In this document: one piece after another, positions 12,855 through 25,500 of the stretch
Numbering within the stretch: the stretch's first letter is position 1
How the letters are laid out: the number at the start of each line of letters is the position of its first letter
Assembly: GCA_950097015.1 (NCBI GenBank)
Contig: CATNEN010000001.1
Coordinates: forward strand, 9,734,001-9,798,000
DNA length: 64,000 nucleotides
DNA from: Macrostomum hystrix
Taxonomy: Eukaryota > Animalia > Platyhelminthes
Direction: 5' to 3'
Made by a program: the position numbers and the translations under genes
The notes under the pieces: generated by a model
Databases searched by the model: none
The model's input: the letters and a program-made list of their open reading frames with translations, nothing else
Told to the model about the DNA's origin: nothing

Positions 12855-15800
12855 TCACCTGTACCCTCTGCGGTGATAGCGCCCAAACAAAATTTTACTG
12901 AATGCGTTGCGAAAGTCTGGCGAGAATATCGTATAGATCACAGGATTCAACAAGCTGTTCATGTAACCCAGCCACAGGATGAAGGAATTACCAGACTCCG
13001 ATATTAACTCCATGCACCAGTCAGTGAAGAACGGGCAGATCGCCGCCCGTAGGAAGAATGGAATCCAGCAGATCAGAAAACAGCAGGTGATGATCGCCAA
13101 GGTTCGAGCCGCCTTTCGCTCGCGTTTGTGCTCAATTTTGTCTCGGAGCTGGGCTGCTCGCGACTGCGGCGTCAGCTGGTGGCACTCCTCAGGGCTGTGA
13201 CGACTTCCATTGTACTGCTGCTGCTGCTGTTGCTGCTTGTGTTTCTTTAGTTTTCGCAGCTTCATCTTGTCGGCCTTCGGTTCTCGATGGTTGCCGGACG
13301 TTGCGAAGGACGTCGTCTGCTGCTGCTGCTGCTGCGCCGGAACTCTCTCCAAATCTGGAGAATCTGGATTCGAATCCCGAAGCTGCTGCTGCTGCTGCTG
13401 TTGCCGAACCATAGGAATGGCCTTATGCTGGCCTTTGAACGCTTTCTTACGAATTCTTTTCCTAGCGGTCTGATAGATTTTGATATAGATGACAATCATG
13501 AACAGCATGGGCAGGTAGAAGGCGCCTATTGTCGAGAATATCGTGTAAACCTTCTCCTCGTTGATGGCGCAGGTTCCGTTGGCGATCTGGGTTCGGCGAA
13601 GCTCCTCAGTGAGGGAGAACCTGGCCGGGATGCTTATCATCATGCTGATGAGCCAGACTGCCACGATCATTAGGCCGATGCGGCGGCCGGTTCTGACCCG
13701 GATGTAATCAACGTTGGTCACAGCCCAGTAGCGATCGACTGCGATGCCAACCAGGTGCAGAATTGACGCAGTGCAGCACAGGATGTCAAAACAGATCCAC
13801 AGGTCGCACAGGTGAATGCCTGCTCAAATTGGCAACATGTTGCGATGGCAGCTGTGCATTTTTAAATAACCTTTGGGGAGGATTTACTGATTTGGGGATA
13901 CTTAGCAAGTGAGGGAAATAATTTGTAAACTAGGGAGATAATTGGCAAATTGAGGGGATAACTCACGGGTTGATTTTCCACTGCGGAAAATTTTCCTATT
14001 AGGGGGATAATTACTTAATTATAAATATAAATTCCCAACAATCGGGATAATTAACAAATGGGATATTCTCCCAAACGAAGGGAATAATTTTCCAACAAAA
14101 AGGATAATTATTAAACAAAAGTGGGGAATTTTCCAAAAAGGGGGATAACTTACTCGTACTAACAAAAGGGATGATTTTTCCAACAGAGGCATCACTTTCC
14201 ATTAAAGGGGTAATTTTACAACTGGGAAGCTGGGAAATGTTAGGGGATAAATTTCTGTGCTTTTATTGTGTATGTGGTTTGACTTTTCCATAGTATGTTA
14301 CGTAATGATCTTATTTACTAATATCCCCATCACAATCATATCGAATCCCTTCACTCATCACGGAGTCATGTACGAGCTACAGTCCAACATGGAAGAAGCA
14401 AAACCAAAGGCCTATTTCAGAAGAAAATATGAAAATATGAACGATCGCACTCGAAGCTGCGAGTGAGACCTCTGCGATCTTTATGCCAGTTGGCAGGTTA
14501 TCACAAAATCTGTCAAGCTTGCAACCAATGCTGACACACACACGGAGTCCAACCCTTGGGTCTACGGGGACATTTCTCCCATCTCCCTATCCGACTCAAC
14601 TCGAGTCCCGGCGAGAGGGCGCTCAACACGCGTTCTGATTTTTTGGGGGTGGGGGAGTTGATTTCTGGGATCGAAAAGTCCGATCTTCACAGGCCGTTGC
14701 ACCTGCTGTGCTCAAGTCACAATATACTCTATTGCTCTCTTCCTTAGCCAATATCGACCGGTATCGCCAAAGATGAAAACTTGCACCATTATTTTCCTTT
14801 GCTTGGCTGATCAACTAGAAAACGGAAACTTCGATTGATATTTAGTCAGCATTGACTTTTGCTCAAATTTTTTGTTAATATAAAGTTTTAGAGTTGTCTG
14901 GAAAAAATCTATATCATGCCTTGCCTTTCGCCAGATCCTGAACTTTTCTCTAGATCCTGAAGTTTTCTCAAGATCCTGAAGTTTTCTCAAGATCCTGAAG
15001 TTTTCTCTAGATCCTGAAGTTTTCTCAAGATCCTGAAGTTTTCTCAAGATCCTGAAGTTTTCTCAAGATCCTGAAGTTTTCTCTAGATCCTGAAGTTTTC
15101 TCAAGATCCTGAAGTTTTCTCAAGATCCTGAAGTTTTCTCAAGATCCTGAAGTTTTCTCAAGATCCTGAAGTTTTCTCAAGATCCTGAAGTTTTCTCTAG
15201 ATCCTGAAGTTTTCTCAAGATCCTGAAGTTTTCTGAAGATCCTGAAGTTTTCTCTAGATCCTGAAGTTTTCTCAAGATCCTGAAGTTTTCGCAAGATCCT
15301 GAAGTTTTCTCTAGATCCTGAAGTTTTCTCAAGATCCTGAAGTTTTCTCAAGATCCTGAAGTTTTCTCAAGATCCTGAAGTTTTCTCAAGATCCTGAAGT
15401 TTTCTCTAGATCCTGAAGTTTTCTCAAGATCCTGAAGTTTTCTCAAGATCCTGAAGTTTTCTCAAGATTCTGAAGTTTTCTCTAGATCCTGAAGTTTTCT
15501 CTAGATCCTGAAATATTCTCTAGATCCTGAAGTTTTCGCTAGATCCTGAAGTTTTTCCTAGATCCTGAAGTTCACCCAGATCCTGAAGTTTTCTCCTAGA
15601 TCCTGAAGTTTTCGCTAGATCCTGAAGTTTTTGCTACATCCTGAAGTTTTTCCTACATCCTGAAGTTCACCCAGATCCTGAAGTTTTCCCTAGATCCTGA
15701 AGTTTTCGCTAGATCCTGAAGTTTTCGCTAGATCCTGAAGTTTCGCTAGATCCTGAAGTTTTCTCTAGATCCTGAAGTTTTCTCTAGATCCTGAAGTTTT

Positions 15801-18800
15801 CTCTAGATCCTGAAGTTTCGCTAGATCCTGAAGTTTTCTCTAAATCCTGAAGTTTTCGCTAGATCCTGGAGTTTTTCCTAGATCCTGAAGTTCACCCAGA
15901 TCCTGAAGTTTTCTCTAGATCCTGAAGTTTTCGCTAGATCCTGAAGTTTTTCCTAGATCCTGAAGTTCACCCAGATCCTGAAGTTTTCTCCTAGATCCTG
16001 AAGTTTCCCCCGGATCCTGAAGCTTTCCTAGGTCCTGAAGTTTCGCTAGATCCTGAAGTTTTCGCTAGATCCTGGAGTTTTTCCTAGATCCTGAAGTTCA
16101 CCCAGATCCTGAAGTTTTCTCTAGATCCTGAAGTTTTCTCTAGATCCTGAAGTTTTCTCTAGATCCTGAAATATTCTCTAGATCCTGAAGTTTCGTTAGA
16201 TCCTGAAGTTTTCTCTAAATCCTGAAGTTTTCGCTAGATCCTGGAGTTTTTCCTAGATCCTGAAGTTCACCCAGATCCTGAAGTTTTCTCTAGATCCTGA
16301 AGTTTTCTCTAGATCCTGAAGTTTTCGCTAGATCCTGAAGTTTTCGCTAGATCCTGAAGTTTCGCTAGATCCTGAAGTTTTCGCTAGATCCTGGAGTTTT
16401 TCCTAGATCCTGAAGTTCACCCAGATCCTGAAGTTTTCTCTAGATCCTGAAGTTTTCTCTAGATCCTGAAGTTTTCTCTAGATCCTGAAATATTCTCTAG
16501 ATCCTGAAGTTTTCGCTAGATCCTGAAGTTTTTCCTAGATCCTGAAGTTCACCCAGATCCTGAAGTTTTCTCCTAGATCCTGAAGTTTTCTCTAGATCCT
16601 GAAGTTTCGTTAGATCCTGAAGTTTTCTCTAAATCCTGAAGTTTTCGCTAGATCCTGGAGTTTTTCCTAGATCCTGAAGTTCACCCAGATCCTGAAGTTT
16701 TCTCTAGATCCTGAAGTTTTCTCTAGATCCTGAAGTTTTCGCTAGATCCTGAAGTTTTCGCTAGATCCTGAAGTTTCGCTAGATCCTGAAGTTTTCTCTA
16801 GATCCTGAAGTTTTTGCTAGATCCTGAAGTTTTTCCTAGATCCTGAAGTTCACCCAGATCCTGAAGTTTTCTCCTAGATCCTGAAGTTTCCCCCGGATCC
16901 TGAAGCTTTCCTAGGTCCTGAAGTTTTCGCTAGATCCTGAAGTTTTCGCTAGATCCTGGAGTTTTTCCTAGATCCTGAAGTTCACCCAGATCCTGAAGTT
17001 TTCCCTGTAATCTTTATCCAGAAACTATAATAAAGTAATTTTTGATTTACTGCAGCTCGACCTATAAAGTGAGAAATTTAAGCTCGTGATTAAGGTTCGA
17101 CAAGAGACAAAAGTTCAAACAGGTCTAACCCTGTTCGATCTCTTTCGAAATAGCCTACTTGGAAATTAAAGTTTTCCTCATGTAATTCAGGCTAGGGATT
17201 AGTGCCGCCCTGGGATTTTGAGCTCAAAGTCTATAGTATTAGAGTTCTTTTGCCCTGCCATTGTACCAGTACCTAATTTGGTGTCTAAAGCCCGAATGCA
17301 ATGCTGCAGTGTTGTAAAAGCAACGTGACCCTTACTAGCACTATTTATACAACTCAGCGACTTCCAGCTTAGATTGGTATTTTACATTTTTCTTCTAGTT
17401 ATTTGAGCAGTGCTCAGGTCACTATGCGTGAGGCTTGGGTGATTTATTTTCTCCTTCTTCCTCTGCTAATCTCTGAAGAAACATTTTAAAAAATTCGCAG
17501 CAAAAAGACGCAGCTGTCACTTTAGCATATTTCTCTTTCTCTTTTGCTAGACTCGTTTTTATTGTGAAAATAAAAAAACTGAATGGGAAAGGTAAAAAGA
17601 ACTATTTATGAATCTCCAGACTTAAAAAAACTGGACAATTTTATTAGTCCATAAAATTATTGCCATGACTTGAACAGCCTAAAAGAACTAGACTTAAGTA
17701 CACAAAGTACGGACACATGTAGATAAGTTCATACTGCAGCTCTTAATCAGGTAGTTGTTGGGGTCAGGTTTGAGTCAGGTTATTGGGTCAGGTTTGGTCA
17801 GGATATGTTTGAGTTTGAGTCAGAGCTAGGTTTGAGTAAGGTCTGATGTGAGTCAGACTTCTTAGGTCAGGTCAGGTTTGAGTCAGGTCAGGTTTGATCT
17901 GAGTCAGGTCAGATCTGAGTCAGGTCAGGTTTGAGTCAGGTCAGATCTGAGTCAGGTCAGGTTTGAGTCAGGTCAGGTTTGATCTGAGTCAGGTCAGATC
18001 TGAGTCAGGTCAGGTTTGAGTCAGGTCAGGTTTGATCTGAGTCAGGTCAGATCTGAGTCAGGTCAGGTTTGAGTCAGGTCAGATCTGAGTCAGGTCAGGT
18101 TTGAGTCAGGTCAGATCTGAGTCAGGTCAGGTTTGAGTCAGGTCAGGTTTGAGTCAGGTCAGGTTTGAGTCAGGTCAGGTTTTAGTCAGGATATTTGGGT
18201 CAGGGTTGAGTCAGGATATTTGGGTCAGGTTTTAGTCAGGATATTTGGGTCAGGGTTGAGACAGGTCAGGTTTGAGTCAGGTCAGGTTTGAGTCAGGTCA
18301 GATCTGAGTCAGGTCAGGTTTGAGTCAGGTCAGGTTTGAGTCAGGTCAGGTTTGAGTCAGGTCAGTTTTGAGTCAGGTCAGGTTTGAGTCAGGTCAGTTT
18401 TGAGTCAGGTCAGGTTTGAGTCAGATCAGGTTTGAGTCAGGTCAGGTTTGAGTCAGGTCAGGTTTGAGTCAGGTCAGGTTTGAGTCAGGTCAGGTTTGAG
18501 TCAGGTCAGGTTTTAGTCAGGATATTTGGGTCAGGTTGAGTCAGGATTTAAGGGCCTGAATCTCGTTATTCCTATCCTAGCACGGGCAGCGAGTACTTGT
18601 GAATAAGCTAGCTTGTTTTTTCTGGCCCACTCTGCTCACGCACCTCCAATCAGTTTCCCTGAGTCGGACATAGATGAAGTTCTCTTGTTTCGACTTTCGA
18701 AAGGATTGATTAAGTTTGTGGTCCCAATCTATCCATCCATCTTTGGGAGTAGATATTTCCACTTCTCTGACAAACTTATCCCCTTATCAGCAATGCTCCC

Positions 18801-19477
18801 CAAGGAAGATTAATATCTTCCGCAATTCACAGACTCAGGTTTGTGTTGACAGGGTCGCGATTGATACATATCCGTGTGCGAGTGTGCGTGTATTTTAGCT
18901 AATATATTATATTCCCAACCTGAGGCAGTTTGTCAGTTAGCTGTTTGATGATATCGGCTGAAAAACCTGCTGAAATAAGCACATGACAATCCTGGTATAC
19001 ACAGAACAGTCCTTTTAGACACAGCTCAACCCCGTTAGACACAAGACAGCCCTATTATACACAGAAGAATCCTGTTAGACACTGAATAGTCCTGTCAGAG
19101 ACAGAAAAAATGTGTTAGACACAGGAAAATTACTGTTAGACAATTGGGAGTTCAGCGGCAGAACGGTTAACGCGTTTGCCTCTCGCACCAAGGTCCCTGA
19201 GTTCGATTCCACGGCGAGGCCACATTTATTTGGGGCGCAGCCGCGGAGAGAAGGCTTGGGGGCTTGTCGTGCAATTTACGACATCGAGGGCCAACCTCCA
19301 AGGCACAGTGAGAGTGTACACTCCCTGACGATGAGAAAGTCAGGGCAGATGTACACACCTGTGTGAGCGTGTGCCTGCGTACAGTATCTGTGTCAGCGGA
19401 ATGGGCAGAATTGCCTCCTCACTGGCTGCGAGTCTAGTGTCGCCAAATGATGTGCCATTGCCCGCAGCCCTCCTGCA

Positions 19478-19515
<38 letters not shown>

Positions 19516-22500
19516 TGCTAGACAAAGAGCAGTCCATAGTACTCACCCAGCCACCAAGACTTTGACAGCTCATTCAGAGCACTGATGGGCATGACGAGTG
19601 TTGCCACCATGAGGTCGGCCACAGCTAGGCTAAGTATTAGATAGTTGGACACGCTCTGGAAATGAAACGAATTTTCTTCGAAATGGACGAGAAAAAAGGT
19701 TTTAAAACATGGTTTCACAACAAGAAAATGTAACATTTCGCGCTTCTTAGAAAGTGACAGACTACGCGTTCCATTCCTGTCCGATCAGCCTTACCCTCCC
19801 CTGGTCGTGTTAGTGTGTAAACAGCAGCTTTCAAAATACTTTAGCTTCGCCGGGTCAAACCAAGTTTTGGATGCGATCCGCTCCTGCCATTAACCTTTTA
19901 ACCTGAAATTATTGATTAAGCCATAGGCTATATAGTCCCACAGTCTATGTAGATGTTGCTAAGTATGGACTAGTAAGTACTGCATGCTCCTGACATATTT
20001 TCCCAAAAGATTAGATCAACGAGAATTTGTCAGTCTAATCTGGTTTAATAATTCATAATTATTCATTTTTGAGCATAATACGAGAGCCTATAATTCTCAA
20101 GGACTATTCGGCAAATTTTTCAATTCCATTCGATGTATGTCCTATAGGTCTAATCTTACTTGTGGTTAATTCTTTGGCCCTCATGACCTGGCCTGATACT
20201 CTTAATTCCTTCTTTTATACTGTCAATTTTTCTTCTGGCTTACTGGCGTGTTATTGACTATCAGTGTGCACCTCCTCTCTCTTTTTATCTCACTCCGCCA
20301 CTCTCTCCGTCTCCGTCTGTCCCTCACCGTCTCTCTCTCCGTCTCCGTCTGTCCCTCCGTCTCTCTCTCCGTCTCTCTGTCCCTCACCGTCTCTCTGTCC
20401 GTCTCTCTGTCCATCTCCCTCAATGTCTCTCTGTCCCTCACCGTCTCTATGTCCCTCACCGTCTCTCTGTTCGTCTCCCTCACCGTCTCTCTGTCCCTCA
20501 CCGTCTCTCTGTCCGTCTCCCTCTCCGTCTCTCTGTCCGTCTCCCTCACCGTCTCTCTGTCCCTCACCGTCTCTCTGTCCGTCTCCCTCTCCGTCTCTCT
20601 CTCCCTCTCCGTCTCTCTCTCCCTCTCCGTCTCCGTCTCTCTCTCCCTCTCCCTCTGTATCCCTCTCTCTCCGTCTCTCTCTCCCTCTCCGTCTCTCTCT
20701 CCCTCTCCGTCTCTCTCTCCCTCTCCGTCTCTCTCTCCCTCTCCGTCTCTCTCTCCCTCTCCGTCTCTCTCTCCCTCTCCGTCTCTCTCTCCCTCTCCGT
20801 CTCTCTCTCCCTCTCCGTCTCTCTCTCCCTCTCCGTCTCTCTCTCCCTCTCCGTCTCTCTCTCCCTCTCCGTCTCTCTCTCCCTCTCCGTCTCTCTCCCT
20901 CTGCGTCTCTCTCTCCCTCTCCGTCTCTCTCTCCCTCTCCGTCTCTCTCTCCCTCTCCGTCTCTCTCTCACTCTCCGTCTCTCTCTCCCTCTCCGTCTCT
21001 CTCTCCCTCTCCGTCTCTCTCTCCCTCTCCGTCTCTCTCTCCCTCTCCGTCTCTCTCTCCCTCTCCGTCTCTCTCTCCCTCTCCGTCTCTCTCTCCCTCT
21101 CCGTCTCTCTCTCCCTCTCCGTCTCCGTCTCTCTCTCCCTCTCCCTCTGTATCCCTCTCTCTCCGTCTTTATCTCCCTCTCCGTCTCTCTCTCCCTCTCC
21201 GTCTCTCTCTCCCTCTCCGTCTCTCTCTCTCCCTCTCCCTCTGTATCCCTCTCTCTCCGTCTTTATCTCCCTCTGCGTCTCTCTCTCCCTCTGCGTCTCT
21301 CTCTCCCTCTGCGTCTCTCTCTCCCTCTCCGTCTCCCTCCGTCTTTCTCTCCGTCTCCGTCTCTGTCTCCGTCTCCGTCTCCGTCTCCGTCTCCGTCTCC
21401 GTCTCCGTCTCCGTCTCCGTCTCCGTCTCCGTCTCCGTCTCCGTCTCCGTCTCCGTCTCCGTCTCCGTCTCCGTCTCCCTCTCTGCCTCTCCCTCTCCGT
21501 CTCTCTCTCCATCTCCGTCTCTCTCTCCCTCTCCGTCTCTCTCTCCCTCTCCGTCTCTCTCTCCCTCTCCGTCTCTCTCTCCCTCTCCGTCTCTCTCTCC
21601 CTCTCCGTCTCTCTCTCCCTCTCCGTCTCTCTCTCCCTCTGCGTCTCTCTCTCCCTCTCCGTCTCTCTCTCCCTCTCCGTCTCTCTCTCCCTCTCCGTCT
21701 CTCTCTCCCTCTCCGTCTCTCTCTCCCTCTCCGTCTCTCTCTCCCTCTCCGTCTCTCTCTCCCTCTCCGTCTCTCTCCCTCTCCGTCTCTCTCTCCCTCT
21801 CCGTCTCCGTCTCTCTCTCCCTCTCCCTCTGTATCCCTCTGTCTCCGTCTTTATCTCCCTCTCCGTCTCTCTCTCCCTCTCCGTCTCCCTCCGTCTTTCT
21901 CTCCGTCTCCGTCTCCGTCTCCGTCTCCGTCTCCGTCTCCGTCTCCGTCTCCGTCTCCGTCTCCGTCTCCGTCTCCGTCTCCGTCTCCGTCTCCGTCTCC
22001 GTCTCCCTCTCTGCCTCTCCCTCTCCGTCTCTCTCTCCATCTCCGTCTCTCTCTCCCTCTCCGTCTCTCTCTCCCTCTCCGTCTCTCTCTCCCTCTCCGT
22101 CTCTCTCTCCCTCTCCGTCTCTCTCTCCCTCTCCGTCTCTCTCTCCCTCTGCGTCTCTCTCTCCCTCTCCGTCTCTCTCTCCCTCTCCGTCTCTCTCTCC
22201 CTCTCCGTCTCTCTCTCCCTCTCCGTCTCTCTCTCCCTCTCCGTCTCTCTCTCCCTCTGCGTCTCTCTCTCCCTCTCCGTCTCCCTCCGTCTTTCTCTCC
22301 GTCTCCGTCTCCGTCTCCGTCTCCGTCTCCGTCTCCGTCTCCGTCTCCGTCTCCGTCTCCGTCTCCCTCTCTGCCTCTCCGTCTCCGTCTCTCTCTCCCT
22401 CTCCCTCTGTATCCCTCTCTCTCCGTCTTTATCTCCCTCTCCGTCTCTCTCTCCCTCTCCGTCTCTCTCTCCCTCTCCGTCTCTCTCTCCCTCTCCGTCT

Positions 22501-25500
22501 CTCTCTCCCTCTCCGTCTCTCTCTCCCTCTCCGTCTCTCTCTCCCTCTCCGTCTCTCTCTCCCTCTCCGTCTCCGTCTCTCTCTCCCTCTCCGTCTCTCT
22601 CTCCCTCTCCGTCTCTCTCTCCCTCTGCGTCTCTCTCTCCCTCTCCGTCTCTCTCTCCCTCTCCGTCTCTCTCTCCCTCTCCGTCTCTCTCTCCCTCTCC
22701 GTCTCTCTCTCCCTCTCCGTCTCTCTCTCCCTCTGCGTCTCTCTCTCCCTCTCAGTCTCCCTCCGTCTTTCTCTCCGTCTCCGTCTCCGTCTCCGTCTCC
22801 GTCTCCGTCTCCGTCTCCGTCTCCGTCTCCGTCTCCGTCTCCGTCTCCGTCTCCCTCTCTGCCTCTCCCTCTCCGTCTCTCTCTCCATCTCCTTCTCATA
22901 GTCTCCCATGACAGTATCCTTAATCTCTGACTTTCCCCATTGTCTTCCTCATCTAATATTTTCCTCTCAATCCCATCTGATCCTGAGCGGTCTTTTCCCC
23001 TTTGTCTGAACTTCAGTATGCTCAAAGTTTTGTTTTGCTTTATTATTATGAGAATTGATTTTCATCCTCAAAGCTGAATGATCCGATAGAGTCACAGGAT
23101 CAGATTTCATTGGCCCGATAGCTTTAGCCGTGCCAATCAAATTAGATTTCTCGATGCTAAAATTCATATTCTCAACGGGGCAGTTCTTAAGAGTCCAGCA
23201 ACTCAAGTATGAAACTTTCAAATAGGAAGTTAATTAACAAGAAGCCACTTCAAAATATGAGCCAGAGTTCATGCTTAAAAGACTAAACAACAAAATGACC
23301 GGTCGTTTTAGATCAACAATTTGTTTTAAAGAGATTCATATCACCATTCAGTGACTGCACACTCATTAGTCACCCAGTACATTAAAGTCATCTTGATCGC
23401 TGTTTTTAGGGATCATTTGCCCCTTCATGATTTAGCACTTCATGCAGCAGCATTCATTCATTCACCGTATCCACATACCTTCTCACTGCTACAGTTAGTC
23501 AGTAAGATTTCGAAAGTACAATGTCACGTTAAAAAATGGTAAAGAATAAAGAATTTTCTAATTATTTTTCCCACTATCATTTTTACTGTCTATCTAGCAG
23601 AAAAATTGTAGCAGTTCAAATTTTAGCTTTCCGTTTTTAGCATAAATTATGCAACAACAGGTGCTGCTGCTGCTGCTGCTGCTGCTGCGACTAGTAATAG
23701 TTTTCCTAAATTGATTTTGAAACTTATGCAGCCCGATTCCAGACATGAGTATGTAAACTGCACAATTATTTTGCAACGTTCAATTTTAATTTTATCCACT
23801 TCAATCTTAAATAGGGTCGAACTGATCCACAAGATGCTCAGAGCGGGGTAAGATGTTACTGTGTGAGGCCGTTAACATAAATTATTCAGATGATGAGACA
23901 TAAAAAAGAAGGAATCTGAGAACAGAGGGAGAGAATATAGGACAGGTGAGGCACTGTAGGAATACTGAACTGAAGGAGAGGGGAACTGAAGGAGAGGGGA
24001 ACTGAAGGAGAGGGGAACTGAAGGAGAGGGGAACTGACGGAGAGGGGAACTGAAGGAGAAGGGAACTGACGGAGAGGGGAACTGAAGGTGAGGATAACTG
24101 AAGGAGATAGGAACTGAAGGAGATAGGAACTGAAGGTGAGGGGAACTGAAGGTGAGGGGAACTAAAAGAGAGGGGAACTGAAGGAGAGGGGAACTGAAGG
24201 TGAGGGGAACTAAAAGAGAGGGGAACTGAAGGAGAGGGGAACTGAAGGTGAGGGGAACTGAAGGAGAGGGGAACTGAAGGTGAGGGGAACTGAAGGAGAG
24301 AGGAACTGAAGGTGAGGGGAACTGAAGGAGAGGGGAACTGAAGGAGAGAGGAACTGAAGGTGAGGGGAACTGAAGGAGAGGGGAACTGAAGGAGAGGGGA
24401 ACTGAAGATGAGGGGAACTAAAAGAGAGGGGAACTGAAGGAGAGGGGAACTGAAGGTGAGGGGAACTGAAGGAGAGGGGAACTGAAGGTGAGGGGAACTG
24501 AAGGAGAGAGGAACTGAAGGTGAGGGGAACTGAAGGAGAGGGGAACTGAAGGAGAGAGGAACTGAAGGTGAGGGGAACTGAAGGAGAGGGGAACTAAAAG
24601 AGAGGGGAACTGAAGGAGAGGGGAACTGAAGGTGAGGGGAACTGAAGGTGAGGGGAACTGAAGGAGAGGGGAACTGAAGGAGAGGGGAACTGAAGGAGAG
24701 AGGAACTGAAGGTGAGGGGAACTGAAGGAGAGGGGAACTAAAAGAGAGGGGAACTGAAGGAGAGGGGAACTGAAGGTGAGGGGAACTGAAGGTGAGGGGA
24801 ACTGAAGGAGAGGGGAACTGAAGGAGAAGAGAACTGAAGGAGAAGAGAACTGAAGGAGAGGGGAACTGAAGGAGAGGGGAACTGAAGGAGAAGAGAACTG
24901 AAGGAGAAGAGAACTGAAGGAGAGGGGAACTGAAGGAGAGGGGAACTGAAGGAGAGGGGAACTGAGGGTGAGGGGAACTGAAAGAGAGGAGAACTGTAAT
25001 GAGAGGGGAACTGACGGAGAGGGGAACTGAAGGAGAGGGGAACTGAAGGAGAGGGGAACTGAAGGAGAGGGGAACTGAAGGAGAGGGGAACTGAAGGAGA
25101 GGAGAACTGAAGGAGAGGAGAACTGAAGGAGAGGGGAACTGAAGGAGAGGGGAACTGAAGGAGAGGGGAACTGAAGGAGAAGAGAACTGAAGGAGAGGGG
25201 AACTGAAGGAGAGGGGAACTGAAGGAGAGGGGAACTGAAGGAGAGGGGAACTGAAGGAGAGGGGAACAGAAGGAGAGGAGAACTGTAATGAGAGGGGAAG
25301 ATGCAGATTATTGAGGAGGCTTACAAAGTTTTAGAGAACATAAGTCTTAAAAATTCTTTAAAATTCCCACCTTGCCTAGACGGCAGGTTGAAAAGAATTT
25401 CGCTTTAAGAAGATTGGAAAAAAACGTGTTAAAATTTCCAAAGAAAGAGTTTACCCTCCCACGATTTTTCATTTCCTGACTATTCCGAACTTTAAACTAT

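Noticed and set aside
20223-23025. 600-900 aa ORFs (RE/SL/SP-rich)
   Set aside because: Translations of a stop-free CT/GA tandem array inside an intron; no domain content.
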